A DNA stretch of 55,693 nucleotides from assembly GCA_002317245.1 (NCBI GenBank), contig DCIU01000150.1:246-55938 (forward strand), in the 5' to 3' direction. The notes beneath the pieces are model-generated. The model was not told the DNA's origin, did no database searches, and worked only from the letters and a program-made list of their open reading frames with translations. This document shows, in pieces, positions 27,897 through 37,149 of this stretch. This stretch comes from Lachnospiraceae bacterium UBA1718 (lineage in GTDB: Bacteria; Bacillota; Clostridia; Lachnospirales; Lachnospiraceae). Within the stretch, counting starts at the first letter, position 1; each line of letters begins with the position of its first letter. The translations under genes were made by a program, and so were the position numbers.

Positions 27897-28030
27897 GAGG
27901 GGATAGATGAAATGAGAGGAGGGAGGTTATTATTATAGCTTCTTTTATTTCAAATGCTGCTGGGGTATAATTTGAACTGAAGATAAGAGATATTATATTA
28001 AGTTTTTAGTAATTGCAAGAGAATGAAAAT

Positions 28031-28429
28031 ATGAAGATGATAGACAAGATTGCTCTTATTTACTTACAGGATAAGAAAATACTTAGTACAAGATCAAAAG
28101 GAAAAGATGCGTATTATATTCCGGGTGGAAAACGCGAAGGAAATGAGACCGATGTTGAGACACTGATTAGAGAGATTAAGGAAGAACTCTCGGTTGATAT
28201 TATTAAAGAATCAGTTAAGCCGTACGGAGTATTTGAGGCACAGGCGCATGGTCACGCAGAGGGAATAATAGTGCGAATGACATGTTATTACGCCGACTTT
28301 GTAGGAGAAGTTAAGGCAGACAACGAGATAGAAGAGATAGTATGGCTTACAACTGCTGATGTAGATTCAATCTCTCCTGTAGATAAATTGATATTTGCAA
28401 AATTACATGATGAAGGTCTATTGATATAA
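28031..28429 (+). CDS. NUDIX hydrolase
   Basis: Nudix box PGGKREGNETDVETLIREIKEEL. Confidence 0.93.
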   Translation: MKMIDKIALIYLQDKKILSTRSKGKDAYYIPGGKREGNETDVETLIREIKEELSVDIIKESVKPYGVFEAQAHGHAEGIIVRMTCYYADFVGEVKADNEIEEIVWLTTADVDSISPVDKLIFAKLHDEGLLI

Positions 28430-28455
28430 TCTAGACATTATTAGGAGGCGTTAAA

Positions 28456-28869
28456 ATGTGGTTTGTATTTGCAATTCTTTCAGCAGTATTTGCTGCGCTG
28501 ACATCAATACTTGCCAAGATAGGTATTGATGGAGTTAATTCTAACCTGGCAACTGCCATTCGTACAGTTGTTGTAGTGATTATGGCATGGGGCATGGTTT
28601 TCCTCACTCATGCACAGAGTGGATTGACAGAGATAAGTAAGAAAAGTTGGATGTTTTTAATACTGTCCGGACTAGCAACAGGGGCTTCATGGCTATGCTA
28701 TTACAGAGCGTTGCAGGTAGGTGAAGCTTCTAAAGTTGTACCTGTAGATAAGCTTAGTGTAGTCATTACACTTATATTGGCTTTTGTATTTTTACATGAA
28801 GAATTTAATGTAAAGTCGGTTATAGGATGCATTTTGATAGGAGCAGGAACGCTTGTGATGGTTCTCTAG
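28456..28869 (+). CDS. Single-domain EamA/DMT membrane protein
   Basis: FAALTSILAKIG, ATAIRT, WLCYYRAL, VVPVDKLS; SD AGGAGG. Confidence 0.92.
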   Translation: MWFVFAILSAVFAALTSILAKIGIDGVNSNLATAIRTVVVVIMAWGMVFLTHAQSGLTEISKKSWMFLILSGLATGASWLCYYRALQVGEASKVVPVDKLSVVITLILAFVFLHEEFNVKSVIGCILIGAGTLVMVL

Positions 28870-28951
28870 CAGCAAGAATGGAATTACTAGTACCAAAGTG
28901 GTATAATATCCGAGATAGACGCGTGATTAATACACAAAAAGGTATATATAG

Positions 28952-29896
28952 ATGAGAAGAAATAGTTGGAAGACATGGGTTGTGGCGATAGTCATTGCTG
29001 TAATGTCGACTACAGTGGTTAATAGCATAATACCAGGAAGCACAGTGCTTGCAGCAGCTGTTACGGGACAGGTTGCAGGTAATAGCGTCAATGTTAGGGA
29101 CGCTGCAGAACAGGCGGGCAATAAACTTGGCACCCTTGATAAGGGCGATGAAGTAACCATTCTTGGAGAGGAGAATGGCTGGTATAAGATTGAATATGAT
29201 GAAGGAATAGGCTTCGTATCCGCTGATTATGTAGAAGTTAATCAGCCATCTGAGGAAGAAATTGCTGCTGATGATGAAGTAGAGAGTGATGGCGAAGAAC
29301 TTGGAACTACAGATGAAGAACTGGAAGAAGAGGAAGAGGAAATCTCTAAATCACCACTTGATATTCTTACAGGCAATTCGACTGTTCTTATTGTAGTGGT
29401 AGTTGTTGTATTGCTGATAATAATAATTCTTTCCACAATCATTAGTATTCGTAAGTTAGATGATGATGACGATTTTGACGACTATGATGATTACGATGAC
29501 TATGAGGATGATTACGAGGAGGAGGAAGAGTATTACGAGCCTGCTCCTAAGAAAAAATCTCAGCCACAATCTAATCAGCCTAGGCCTAGGCCACAGCCAC
29601 AGTCGAGACCTCAGCAGATAGAGCAAGCACAGACAAGAAGAGAAGAAATACCTGCAATGGTTAAGCCGGATCCAACAATGTTCATGAGCGATAATCCCGA
29701 TGATTATAAGATTGACATTGATCCAAAGTACTTTGAACCTACTGCTATGCTTCCAAATATTGAGGATGCAGATGCTCCAAATCCGATTAAGACTTCAGCT
29801 GACAAAGACCAGAAGAGAAGCGAGGAACTAGCTGAGGCAGTTAAAAAAATGGAAGAACTCAAGCAGGAAATTGAGAGAATTAAGAGCGAATCTTAA
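28952..29896 (+). CDS. SH3b-domain membrane protein with an acidic Asp/Tyr-rich cytoplasmic tail
   Basis: Signal peptide; VNVR...GWYKI...GFVSADYV; TM helix; DDYDDYDDYEDDYEEEEEYYE; coiled-coil end. Confidence 0.85.
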   Translation: MRRNSWKTWVVAIVIAVMSTTVVNSIIPGSTVLAAAVTGQVAGNSVNVRDAAEQAGNKLGTLDKGDEVTILGEENGWYKIEYDEGIGFVSADYVEVNQPSEEEIAADDEVESDGEELGTTDEELEEEEEEISKSPLDILTGNSTVLIVVVVVVLLIIIILSTIISIRKLDDDDDFDDYDDYDDYEDDYEEEEEYYEPAPKKKSQPQSNQPRPRPQPQSRPQQIEQAQTRREEIPAMVKPDPTMFMSDNPDDYKIDIDPKYFEPTAMLPNIEDADAPNPIKTSADKDQKRSEELAEAVKKMEELKQEIERIKSES

Positions 29897-29929
29897 GAGC
29901 GTAATATATATAATTTACGGAAATGAATG

Positions 29930-29970
29930 CCTGTCATAAATATCAAAAGGATATTTGTGGCAGGTTTTTT
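29930..29970 (+). terminator. Intrinsic terminator
   Basis: CCTGTCATAAATATC/GATATTTGTGGCAGG plus T run. Confidence 0.88.
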
Positions 29971-30068
29971 GTTATCAATTAGTAGTATTTTGTATGTAAT
30001 TAATAACAAAAATAGCATAGGAAATTTTGTTAATTTTTTACAAATGTAGATATTATGTGAAAAACTGA

Positions 30069-30097
30069 TTGACAAAAAACAAAATTGTTTCTATCAT
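30069..30097 (+). promoter_or_regulatory. Sigma-A promoter of the tad locus
   Basis: TTGACA-17-TATCAT. Confidence 0.8.
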
Positions 30098-30103
30098 CAA
30101 AAT

Positions 30104-30400
30104 CAACAATTGAATGGTACGCAGTTCGACCAAACCTGTGAACCGCTGTAATGAGTATCCAGAGCTCATCACATCGAGATTGTTATTAGACGATTCGTCT
30201 AGTTATACCAGTTTTAATTAATTTGGGAAAAGGAAGTACATATTGTGATATACGTTTTTCGTATGTCTGTGTTGGACGATGCAGGGCAGAATGAAGTCAT
30301 TTCTTCCTGTTCGGTATGCAAGTCATGACCAGAGGAGTACATCCATCTGTTGGAGGTTAAGTTCTGTACCTGCATTGTTTAATTCAACTACGAATTACGT
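30104..30400 (+). ncRNA. Candidate structured leader RNA of the tad operon (family not recognised)
   Basis: 21-bp helix 30271-30291/30362-30383 with five plus-strand G-U pairs; hairpin 30238-30272; multibranch domain 30108-30219. Confidence 0.55.
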
Positions 30401-30428
30401 TTCTATATATTTTTAGGAGTAACAGATA

Positions 30429-31418
30429 ATGACACACACGCTTATGATTTGTGATCAGGAAATTGTATATGTTGAGAAGCTTGCGAGTTACATCAATAGT
30501 TCGAGAGATTATCTGTTTGATGCGAGATTCTGCAGTAGCGGCGAAGAAGTCGTAGAGTACATAGACAATAATGATATTGATATTCTTTTGATATCTGGTG
30601 ATGAAGTACACAAAATTGGGAATCTGATACCGGAAGAAAGAATAATTGAATTATATGGAATGGGAGGAGATGGCAGGAAATCTGGAATTTATAAATATCA
30701 AAATTGTGAAAATGTAATGAGAAATATTTTGCAGAAAGCTTCAGGGATTAATGAGATAGGGGGGATGATTACCAGAAAAAATCCAATGAAGATTTTGGGA
30801 CTGTATAGTCCAGTTAAAAGAAGCTATCAGAGCTCATTAGCTGTTGTTCTGGGACAGTTATTAAGTGAGAAAAATAAGACGTTATACATGAATCTGGAAG
30901 GTTATAATAGTATTTCAAGTTTGACGGGAGTCGAGTTTGAAAAGGATATGTCTGATTTGATATATGATCTGGGAAATGGAAACGGAAATACTCCTGCAAT
31001 TATTGGTGGAGCAGTAAAGGACTTTGGTAATCTGCATTTGCTCCCCCCAATGCATAATTGCAAAGATTTGAAAAGCATAGGCATAGCTGATTGGAAATCC
31101 TTATATCAAAACATAGAATGTAAAACTGATTATGAATATATCATTTTAGACATATCCGATAATGTGCAGGAACCATTAGAATTACTGGGCTTGTGTGAAC
31201 ATATTTTTACGACTTCTGCAGATGATGACGTTGCAAAGAATAAGGTCGAAATGTTTTTGAAAGGATTTGAAAAGGAAACGCAGAATTCCATCGCAGATAG
31301 AATCAAGATTTGCGTTGTACCCCAAATAGAAAACATGAATTTAAAGAGTCTAAGGGTAGATAATAATCAAATGTGGAATTGTGCAAAGTCCTTATTGGAC
31401 TGTATAGATAATGAATGA
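30429..31418 (+). CDS. CpaE/TadZ-like pilus localisation protein (receiver-like plus MinD-like)
   Basis: ICDQE..YV.KL, IYKYQ, YSP, LYMNLE, SDLIY, YIILDI; first gene before the TadA ATPase. Confidence 0.8.
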   Translation: MTHTLMICDQEIVYVEKLASYINSSRDYLFDARFCSSGEEVVEYIDNNDIDILLISGDEVHKIGNLIPEERIIELYGMGGDGRKSGIYKYQNCENVMRNILQKASGINEIGGMITRKNPMKILGLYSPVKRSYQSSLAVVLGQLLSEKNKTLYMNLEGYNSISSLTGVEFEKDMSDLIYDLGNGNGNTPAIIGGAVKDFGNLHLLPPMHNCKDLKSIGIADWKSLYQNIECKTDYEYIILDISDNVQEPLELLGLCEHIFTTSADDDVAKNKVEMFLKGFEKETQNSIADRIKICVVPQIENMNLKSLRVDNNQMWNCAKSLLDCIDNE

Positions 31419-32628
31419 AAACAAAATAGTAGAACATGTAAAGAATAAACTGGTAGATAGGCTGGAATATCTGGATGATGTTTCAGATGAACAACTACAG
31501 GACATGATTGGCGAGGAAATTAGAGCAATCAATCAGGAAATACACATTCCAATCAAGGACCGAGTAGCTTATGGAAAACTTATCTTTGATTCAATGAGAA
31601 AGCTGGATATTTTGCAAATATTTCTCGAAGATGACGAAGTAACGGAAATAATGATTAACGGGCCTGATAATATATTCATTGAAAGAAAGGGGAGACTAAG
31701 TAAAACCAATTATAGATTTAGTAATGAAGAAGCGCTAAGAAATGTGATTCAACAGATTGTTGCAAAATGTAATAGAGTCGTAAATGAGTCAAAGCCGATA
31801 GTCGATGCCAGGCTATCCGACGGATCTCGTGTAAATGTTGTTTTAAATCCAATAGCATTAAACGGACCAATAATGACAATTAGACGGTTTCCTAATAAGC
31901 CGTACCTAATGGAAGATTTAATTGCAATAAACAGTATTACATTGGAGGCTTCAGAATTACTGAAAAAACTTGTTGTAGCTGGATACAACATACTCATATC
32001 GGGTGGTACCGGATCGGGGAAAACCACTTTTTTGAATGCTTTATCAGCATATATTCCAAGCGATGAAAGAATAATCACAATCGAAGACAGTGCGGAACTA
32101 CAAATACAGGGAATTGACAATCTTGTAAGAATGGAAACAAAGAATGCAAACGTAGAAGGCGGTAATGAAATAACTATTAGAGATTTAATAAAAACAAGCC
32201 TCCGAATGCGACCTAACAGAATCATTGTTGGTGAGGTTAGAGGCGGAGAGGCAATGGATATGATAGGTTCTGCAATGAATTGTGGTCATGACGGCAGCAT
32301 GTCTACGGTGCATTCCAATAGTGCAGGAGACGCATTGCTTAGGCTTGAAACAATGATGCTAATGGCAGCCAGAATACCTGTAACAGCGATACGGCGGCAA
32401 ATTGGTAGTGGGGTAGATATTATTGTACACCTTGGAAGAATGAGAGACAAAACCCGTAAGGTTATAGAAATAGTTGAACTAATAAATGGAGAGGAGGATA
32501 TAATTGTTAATTCCCTTTTTCAATTCGAAGAGGTCGCTTCGGACGAAAGAGATAGGGTGATTGGGAAATTGGTAAGAAAAGGAGAACTGATTAATGACAA
32601 TAAGCTCAAAAATGCTGGGTTTTACTAA
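31411..32628 (+). CDS. cpaF: Tad pilus assembly ATPase CpaF/TadA
   Basis: EIMING, VDARLSDGSRV, Walker A GGTGSGKTT, IEDSAEL, LRMRPNRIIVGEVRG, GHDGSMSTVH. Confidence 0.96.
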   Translation: MNENKIVEHVKNKLVDRLEYLDDVSDEQLQDMIGEEIRAINQEIHIPIKDRVAYGKLIFDSMRKLDILQIFLEDDEVTEIMINGPDNIFIERKGRLSKTNYRFSNEEALRNVIQQIVAKCNRVVNESKPIVDARLSDGSRVNVVLNPIALNGPIMTIRRFPNKPYLMEDLIAINSITLEASELLKKLVVAGYNILISGGTGSGKTTFLNALSAYIPSDERIITIEDSAELQIQGIDNLVRMETKNANVEGGNEITIRDLIKTSLRMRPNRIIVGEVRGGEAMDMIGSAMNCGHDGSMSTVHSNSAGDALLRLETMMLMAARIPVTAIRRQIGSGVDIIVHLGRMRDKTRKVIEIVELINGEEDIIVNSLFQFEEVASDERDRVIGKLVRKGELINDNKLKNAGFY

Positions 32629-33349
32629 GCTTATTTCAACTAAAGAAATAGTGATCTATTTGGTAGAAGGAATCATGATTGTGGCTGTTTTTGCTTATTT
32701 TTTCTACAAATCATTCATATGGTTTCTGATACTTACCCCGATGGTTTTTCTATTTCTCAACTATAAAGCAAAAGAAAGCGTTCGTTCGAAACGCTGGATA
32801 CTGCTAATGCAATTTAAGGAAATGATTATTTCAATTAATTCGTCGCTACAGGTAGGATACTCAATTGAGAATGCATTCCGAGTCGCGATGAATGAAATGA
32901 ATGATATGTATGGGCCTAAATCACAGATTGTTATTGAACTGATTCAGGTGATTGGAGGTTTGGATAATAATATTCCGCTGGAAAATCTTCTCAATGGAAT
33001 GGCAAGGAGAAATCAGATAGAAGAGATTGAAAACTTTGCGGGATTAATGGCTACATACAAGCAAACAGGAGGAAATGTAGTTGAAATAATACAAACATAT
33101 GTATCGGTCATCGAAGATAAGGTTTCGCTCAGGCAGGAGATTGAGACAATGATTAGTTCAAAGAAATATGAGCAGAGAATAATGAATGCGGTTCCATTTG
33201 TTATCTTGTTCTATGTGAATTTATCGAGCAGAGGCTTCTTTGATGGACTATATCATAATGCTGCTGGCAATCTGATAATGACACTAATCATGATGGTTTA
33301 TATTATCTCTGTTTATTGGTCGAACAGGATAATAAATAGCATTTTTTAA
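32594..33349 (+). CDS. tadB: TadB-like inner membrane platform (T2SSF)
   Basis: SLQVGYSIENA, TGGN, C-terminal TM helices; position after tadA. Confidence 0.85.
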   Translation: MTISSKMLGFTKLISTKEIVIYLVEGIMIVAVFAYFFYKSFIWFLILTPMVFLFLNYKAKESVRSKRWILLMQFKEMIISINSSLQVGYSIENAFRVAMNEMNDMYGPKSQIVIELIQVIGGLDNNIPLENLLNGMARRNQIEEIENFAGLMATYKQTGGNVVEIIQTYVSVIEDKVSLRQEIETMISSKKYEQRIMNAVPFVILFYVNLSSRGFFDGLYHNAAGNLIMTLIMMVYIISVYWSNRIINSIF

Positions 33350-33353
33350 GAGA

Positions 33354-34742
33354 ATGAAAGAATATCTACACAATAGAATCAGACACTTGGCATTATTTTT
33401 ATATGAATCGCTTGGCACTATACTCGAATCCAATAATTCCTTTGCCGCAGATAAGAGAATTGAGAAGGAAATATCACTTCTTAATCCGGGTAAGAGGCCT
33501 GAAATTCTTGCAAAAGAATACTATGTAAAAAAAATAACATATATTCTGATCACTATAGTGGCAGGAATAATTCTCACCATTCTATTAGCTATTAGTGAGT
33601 TTGGGGGTGGACAAATAAATGAGGATTATTCTGTTACTAGAAATGAATATGGAACAGGATCAGCTACATATGAATTATTGCTTAATAGCGACGACTATGA
33701 ATATGGCGAAATAGACGTAGTAGTTGGTGAGAGAATTCCATCATCTGAGGAAATGGAAAATTTAATAAGTGAGTTCGTCGAGAAATTGAAAAGAGAGATA
33801 TTGAGCGATAATGACTCATTAAGTCATATTGAGACAGATGTGAATCTTGTTACTTCTTTGGATGGATACCCATTTTTCGTCAGATGGGAAATAAGTGATT
33901 ATGAGTTGATCGATGATAGGGGGAATGTTGCCAATGAAAATACAGATCCCCATGGGAGAGAGGTAATACTAAGAGCAAATATTAGTTATAAAGATTATGA
34001 AGAAATAGTTGCAATTCCTATATGCATATACAAGAGAGACCTGTCTTTTGAGGAATCGCGTCAAAAAGAGATTGAAGATGCATTATTAATCAGTAACAGT
34101 GAGAATTCCAGTGAAAATAAAATGTATCTTCCTATTGAGCTTAACGGACATAGTCTTGAATGGAGAGAAAAGAAGGAACACAAGGCTCTTGTACTGTTGA
34201 TATTAATGGTGATTTTGATTCTTGGAATATGGCAGGGTACTGACAGGGACATGCATAAGAAATATGAAATACGAAATCAGGAACTACTTAGCGACTATGC
34301 AGAAATAGTCAGTGGACTGGAAATGTATCTTAGTGCCGGTCTTACGATACGTGGATCAATTGAAAAGCTGAACTATAATTACCAGAAACGCATTAACCGG
34401 GGCGGTCAACGAAAGGCGTGCTATGAAGAACTTGGAATATGTATTAAGAAACTTAAGGATGGATATAGCGAAGCTAAATGTTATGAGCAGTGGGGAAATA
34501 GGTGTAACCTGCTGCCTTATAAAAAGTTAGCTACATTACTATGTCAGAATCTTAGAAAAGGAACTAATGGATTGATTGTTGCATTGGAAAATGAATCCAG
34601 AATTGCTTTCGAGGAGCGAAAGGCGCTAGTTAGACGTAAAGGTGAAGAGGCACAGACTAAGTTATTATTCCCAATGATTCTAATGCTTGGTCTTGTGATG
34701 GTCATAATAATGATTCCAGCCTATTTATCCTTTGGAATATAG
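33354..34742 (+). CDS. tadC: TadC-like platform with an extracellular Ig-like insertion
   Basis: LSAGLTI, QNLRKG, GEEAQTKLLFPM. Confidence 0.85.
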   Translation: MKEYLHNRIRHLALFLYESLGTILESNNSFAADKRIEKEISLLNPGKRPEILAKEYYVKKITYILITIVAGIILTILLAISEFGGGQINEDYSVTRNEYGTGSATYELLLNSDDYEYGEIDVVVGERIPSSEEMENLISEFVEKLKREILSDNDSLSHIETDVNLVTSLDGYPFFVRWEISDYELIDDRGNVANENTDPHGREVILRANISYKDYEEIVAIPICIYKRDLSFEESRQKEIEDALLISNSENSSENKMYLPIELNGHSLEWREKKEHKALVLLILMVILILGIWQGTDRDMHKKYEIRNQELLSDYAEIVSGLEMYLSAGLTIRGSIEKLNYNYQKRINRGGQRKACYEELGICIKKLKDGYSEAKCYEQWGNRCNLLPYKKLATLLCQNLRKGTNGLIVALENESRIAFEERKALVRRKGEEAQTKLLFPMILMLGLVMVIIMIPAYLSFGI

Positions 34743-34760
34743 AGAAAGATGAGGAAGAAT

Positions 34761-34928
34761 ATGAATAGATTATTTATCAAACTTAGAAGTACTAAGGGAA
34801 TGGGAACTGTTGAGGTGATTTTGATAATAGTGGTGTTAATATCACTGGTTATCATTTTTAAATCTCAATTAACCTCACTGGTCAATAGTATTTTTGCGAA
34901 AATAACCAGTACTGCGAACTCAATTTGA
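34761..34928 (+). CDS. flp: Flp1-like type IVb major pilin (55 aa; absent from the ORF track)
   Basis: MNRLFIKLRSTKG/MGTVEVILIIVVLISLVIIFK...: prepilin Gly, Glu+5 and hydrophobic helix; SD GAGGA; TGATG coupling to the next gene. Confidence 0.93.
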   Translation: MNRLFIKLRSTKGMGTVEVILIIVVLISLVIIFKSQLTSLVNSIFAKITSTANSI

Positions 34929-36364
34929 TGAAGAAATATCAGAATGGCTATATAACGGTATACCTATCATTAGTAATTGGCATACTTGTGATGCTTTTCT
35001 CGACTCTTCTATCAGGCGCAAGGGCTCATACAATGAAATTCGCAACAGAATGCGTAATGGATATGGGACTTAATAGCATATTTGCAGAATATCATAGGGC
35101 TATGTTTGAACGTTATGGATTACTATTCATTGACTCGTCCTATGGCACAACATCTGCATCTGCAAAAAATACGGGTGGTCATCTATTGAGCTACATGAAT
35201 CTTAATTTTGGCAATGATGCAGGGGGAATACAGGGAAAAGACCTATTGAGCCTTAGGGCAGATAACTGCGAACTATCAGGTGTCACATATGCTTCTGACG
35301 GTAAGGGGGAAGTACTTAGATATCAAATTGGCCAGCTGATGAAAAGCAATATGTTAGTAGATTCCTTAGATAATATTAACAATACATCAGTTGACATGGA
35401 CAGTTTGATGAATGGGTATGATTCCTGCTGTTCAGAGAGGGAATCTGCAAATGAGCAGGTTGATGCTATTGTTGATGAAATGAACAGTAACCTTCCAGAG
35501 GATGAAGAACCATATTCAGTTAGTAATCCAGCCGACGCAGTGGAGACACTAGGGGGAGGAGCTATTTTGTTCTATGCAATAGGAGATTCCATGGATATTC
35601 CAATGTCTTATATTGATAAGAGCGATTATATAAGCGAACGTTCGTATGTAGATGGTGCTGGGCTAAGGAATACCCAGGATATGAATCTTGTTACTGATAA
35701 GGTTCTTTTGATCTCATATGCAAAGAAAGTCTGTGGAAAATATAAAAACATACGTGAAGGATCAAGGCTTAACTATCAAATGGAATACTTAATTGCTAAT
35801 GAGGATTCGGACAAGGAAAACCTTGAGGAAATAGCCAGATATATATTTATGACACGTTACCCTATTAATATGGCATATCTTCTTACTAGCGCTTCCAAAC
35901 GGGCAGAAGCAGAAGCGCTAGCCCTGGCAGCATCATGTGCCATTGCTAATCCCGAACTTACGGAGGCCATTATGTATTCAATTCTATTTGCATGGGGATA
36001 TGCCGAAAGTGCGCAAGACGTCAGGATTATATTCGATGGTCATCCTATTGTTATGGTCAAGGATGACAGCAGTTGGAATACACCAATTGAGGAACTTGTG
36101 AACTTCAAGGCGGGCCTCGACCAGTATCATGTGAGTCCAGGGCCACTTGACTATGATAAGTATTTGTATGGATTACTAATGACTAAAAGTGTGGATGATA
36201 TAACTATGAGACTAATGGATATTATGGAGATGGATATAAGAAAAACTTCGGGAAATACAAACTTTAAGATGGATAATCAGATATATCAGCTTACAGCAGA
36301 AGCGAATGTATCCAGTAATTATGGTGGAGGATATAGTATTAAACGATTTTACTCTTATGAATGA
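34928..36364 (+). CDS. TadG/TadE-like large minor pilin (DUF5702-like)
   Basis: NG/YITVYLSL pilin-like N-terminus; SIFAEY...YGLLFID, QMEYLI, WGYAES, RLMDIME. Confidence 0.8.
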   Translation: MKKYQNGYITVYLSLVIGILVMLFSTLLSGARAHTMKFATECVMDMGLNSIFAEYHRAMFERYGLLFIDSSYGTTSASAKNTGGHLLSYMNLNFGNDAGGIQGKDLLSLRADNCELSGVTYASDGKGEVLRYQIGQLMKSNMLVDSLDNINNTSVDMDSLMNGYDSCCSERESANEQVDAIVDEMNSNLPEDEEPYSVSNPADAVETLGGGAILFYAIGDSMDIPMSYIDKSDYISERSYVDGAGLRNTQDMNLVTDKVLLISYAKKVCGKYKNIREGSRLNYQMEYLIANEDSDKENLEEIARYIFMTRYPINMAYLLTSASKRAEAEALALAASCAIANPELTEAIMYSILFAWGYAESAQDVRIIFDGHPIVMVKDDSSWNTPIEELVNFKAGLDQYHVSPGPLDYDKYLYGLLMTKSVDDITMRLMDIMEMDIRKTSGNTNFKMDNQIYQLTAEANVSSNYGGGYSIKRFYSYE

Positions 36365-37149
36365 GGTATTTGAGAATGATTATGTCTTTCTGCAAAAGAT
36401 TGATGGTTTTTAATAGTAGAGTTCCAAAGTCTTCTGTTGAGGCTAATCCCGATAATCAATCCACATCCCCCAATGTGATAAAAAAAGGTAGAAAGACATT
36501 ATCATTTATCAAATCCCACAACTTCCTACTTAGGGGCAGCATGGCGGTGGAAGCCGCCTTGGCTGTTCCGCTGTTTCTTTTTCTTGTTATTAATCTCTTG
36601 TCGTTAATTGTAATGTATGAGAGATATTCTGACACATTATCCAGCCTTCACCAACAGGCAAAAATTCTGTCTGTATCTGCATACTTGAATCCTACCGGCG
36701 ATGAAATGATCAGTCTGTCGGTGCCACAAAGCATTTCGCCAATGATAAAGGAGATAGGATTTACGGATTCAATGACTATTGTGACTGCTAAGTGTCGAAA
36801 ATGGACTGGATATGATGTTCTTTCATATTCGGAAACGGAAGAGGACGATGAGTATGTATATATGACAGAAAATGGACGTGTCTATCATAGAAGCCGTAAC
36901 TGTAATCACTTAAAAATCACTATTCAGGTAGTGAACCCAAGCGAACTGTCTTACCTACGAAATGAAAATGGCGAAATATATCACAAATGTGAAAAATGTG
37001 GTAACGGAACTACAACAGGGGCATTGTTTATTACAAGGCAGGGGAATAAATATCATAATAGCGTTAACTGTAGTGGACTTAGCAGAAGAATAAAAGTGGT
37101 GAAGTTATCTGATATTCCAGGAGTACCAGGGTGTGGTGGCTGTACATAG
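36361..37149 (+). CDS. TadE-like minor pilin with two C-terminal His/Cys modules
   Basis: RG/SMAVEAALAVPLF; VYMTENGRVYH...C...CEKC and FITRQGNKYH...C...CGGC. Confidence 0.82.
   Translation: MRYLRMIMSFCKRLMVFNSRVPKSSVEANPDNQSTSPNVIKKGRKTLSFIKSHNFLLRGSMAVEAALAVPLFLFLVINLLSLIVMYERYSDTLSSLHQQAKILSVSAYLNPTGDEMISLSVPQSISPMIKEIGFTDSMTIVTAKCRKWTGYDVLSYSETEEDDEYVYMTENGRVYHRSRNCNHLKITIQVVNPSELSYLRNENGEIYHKCEKCGNGTTTGALFITRQGNKYHNSVNCSGLSRRIKVVKLSDIPGVPGCGGCT

Noticed and set aside
30077-30090. LexA box in the tad promoter spacer (AAAC-AAAATT-GTTT)
   Set aside because: The spacer is 6 nt, not the 4 nt required for GAAC-N4-GTTC
30104-30400. c-di-GMP-I or -II riboswitch in the tad leader
   Set aside because: Only fragments (CAAACC, TGAAGT, GGAG) match; the GCAAA/GNRA-receptor layout of class I and the GGGCAC/GTGCAAC pseudoknot of class II are absent
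30279-30416. 45-codon ORF inside the tad leader
   Set aside because: No SD; the start codon is buried in the 21-bp helix; the peptide has no recognisable features
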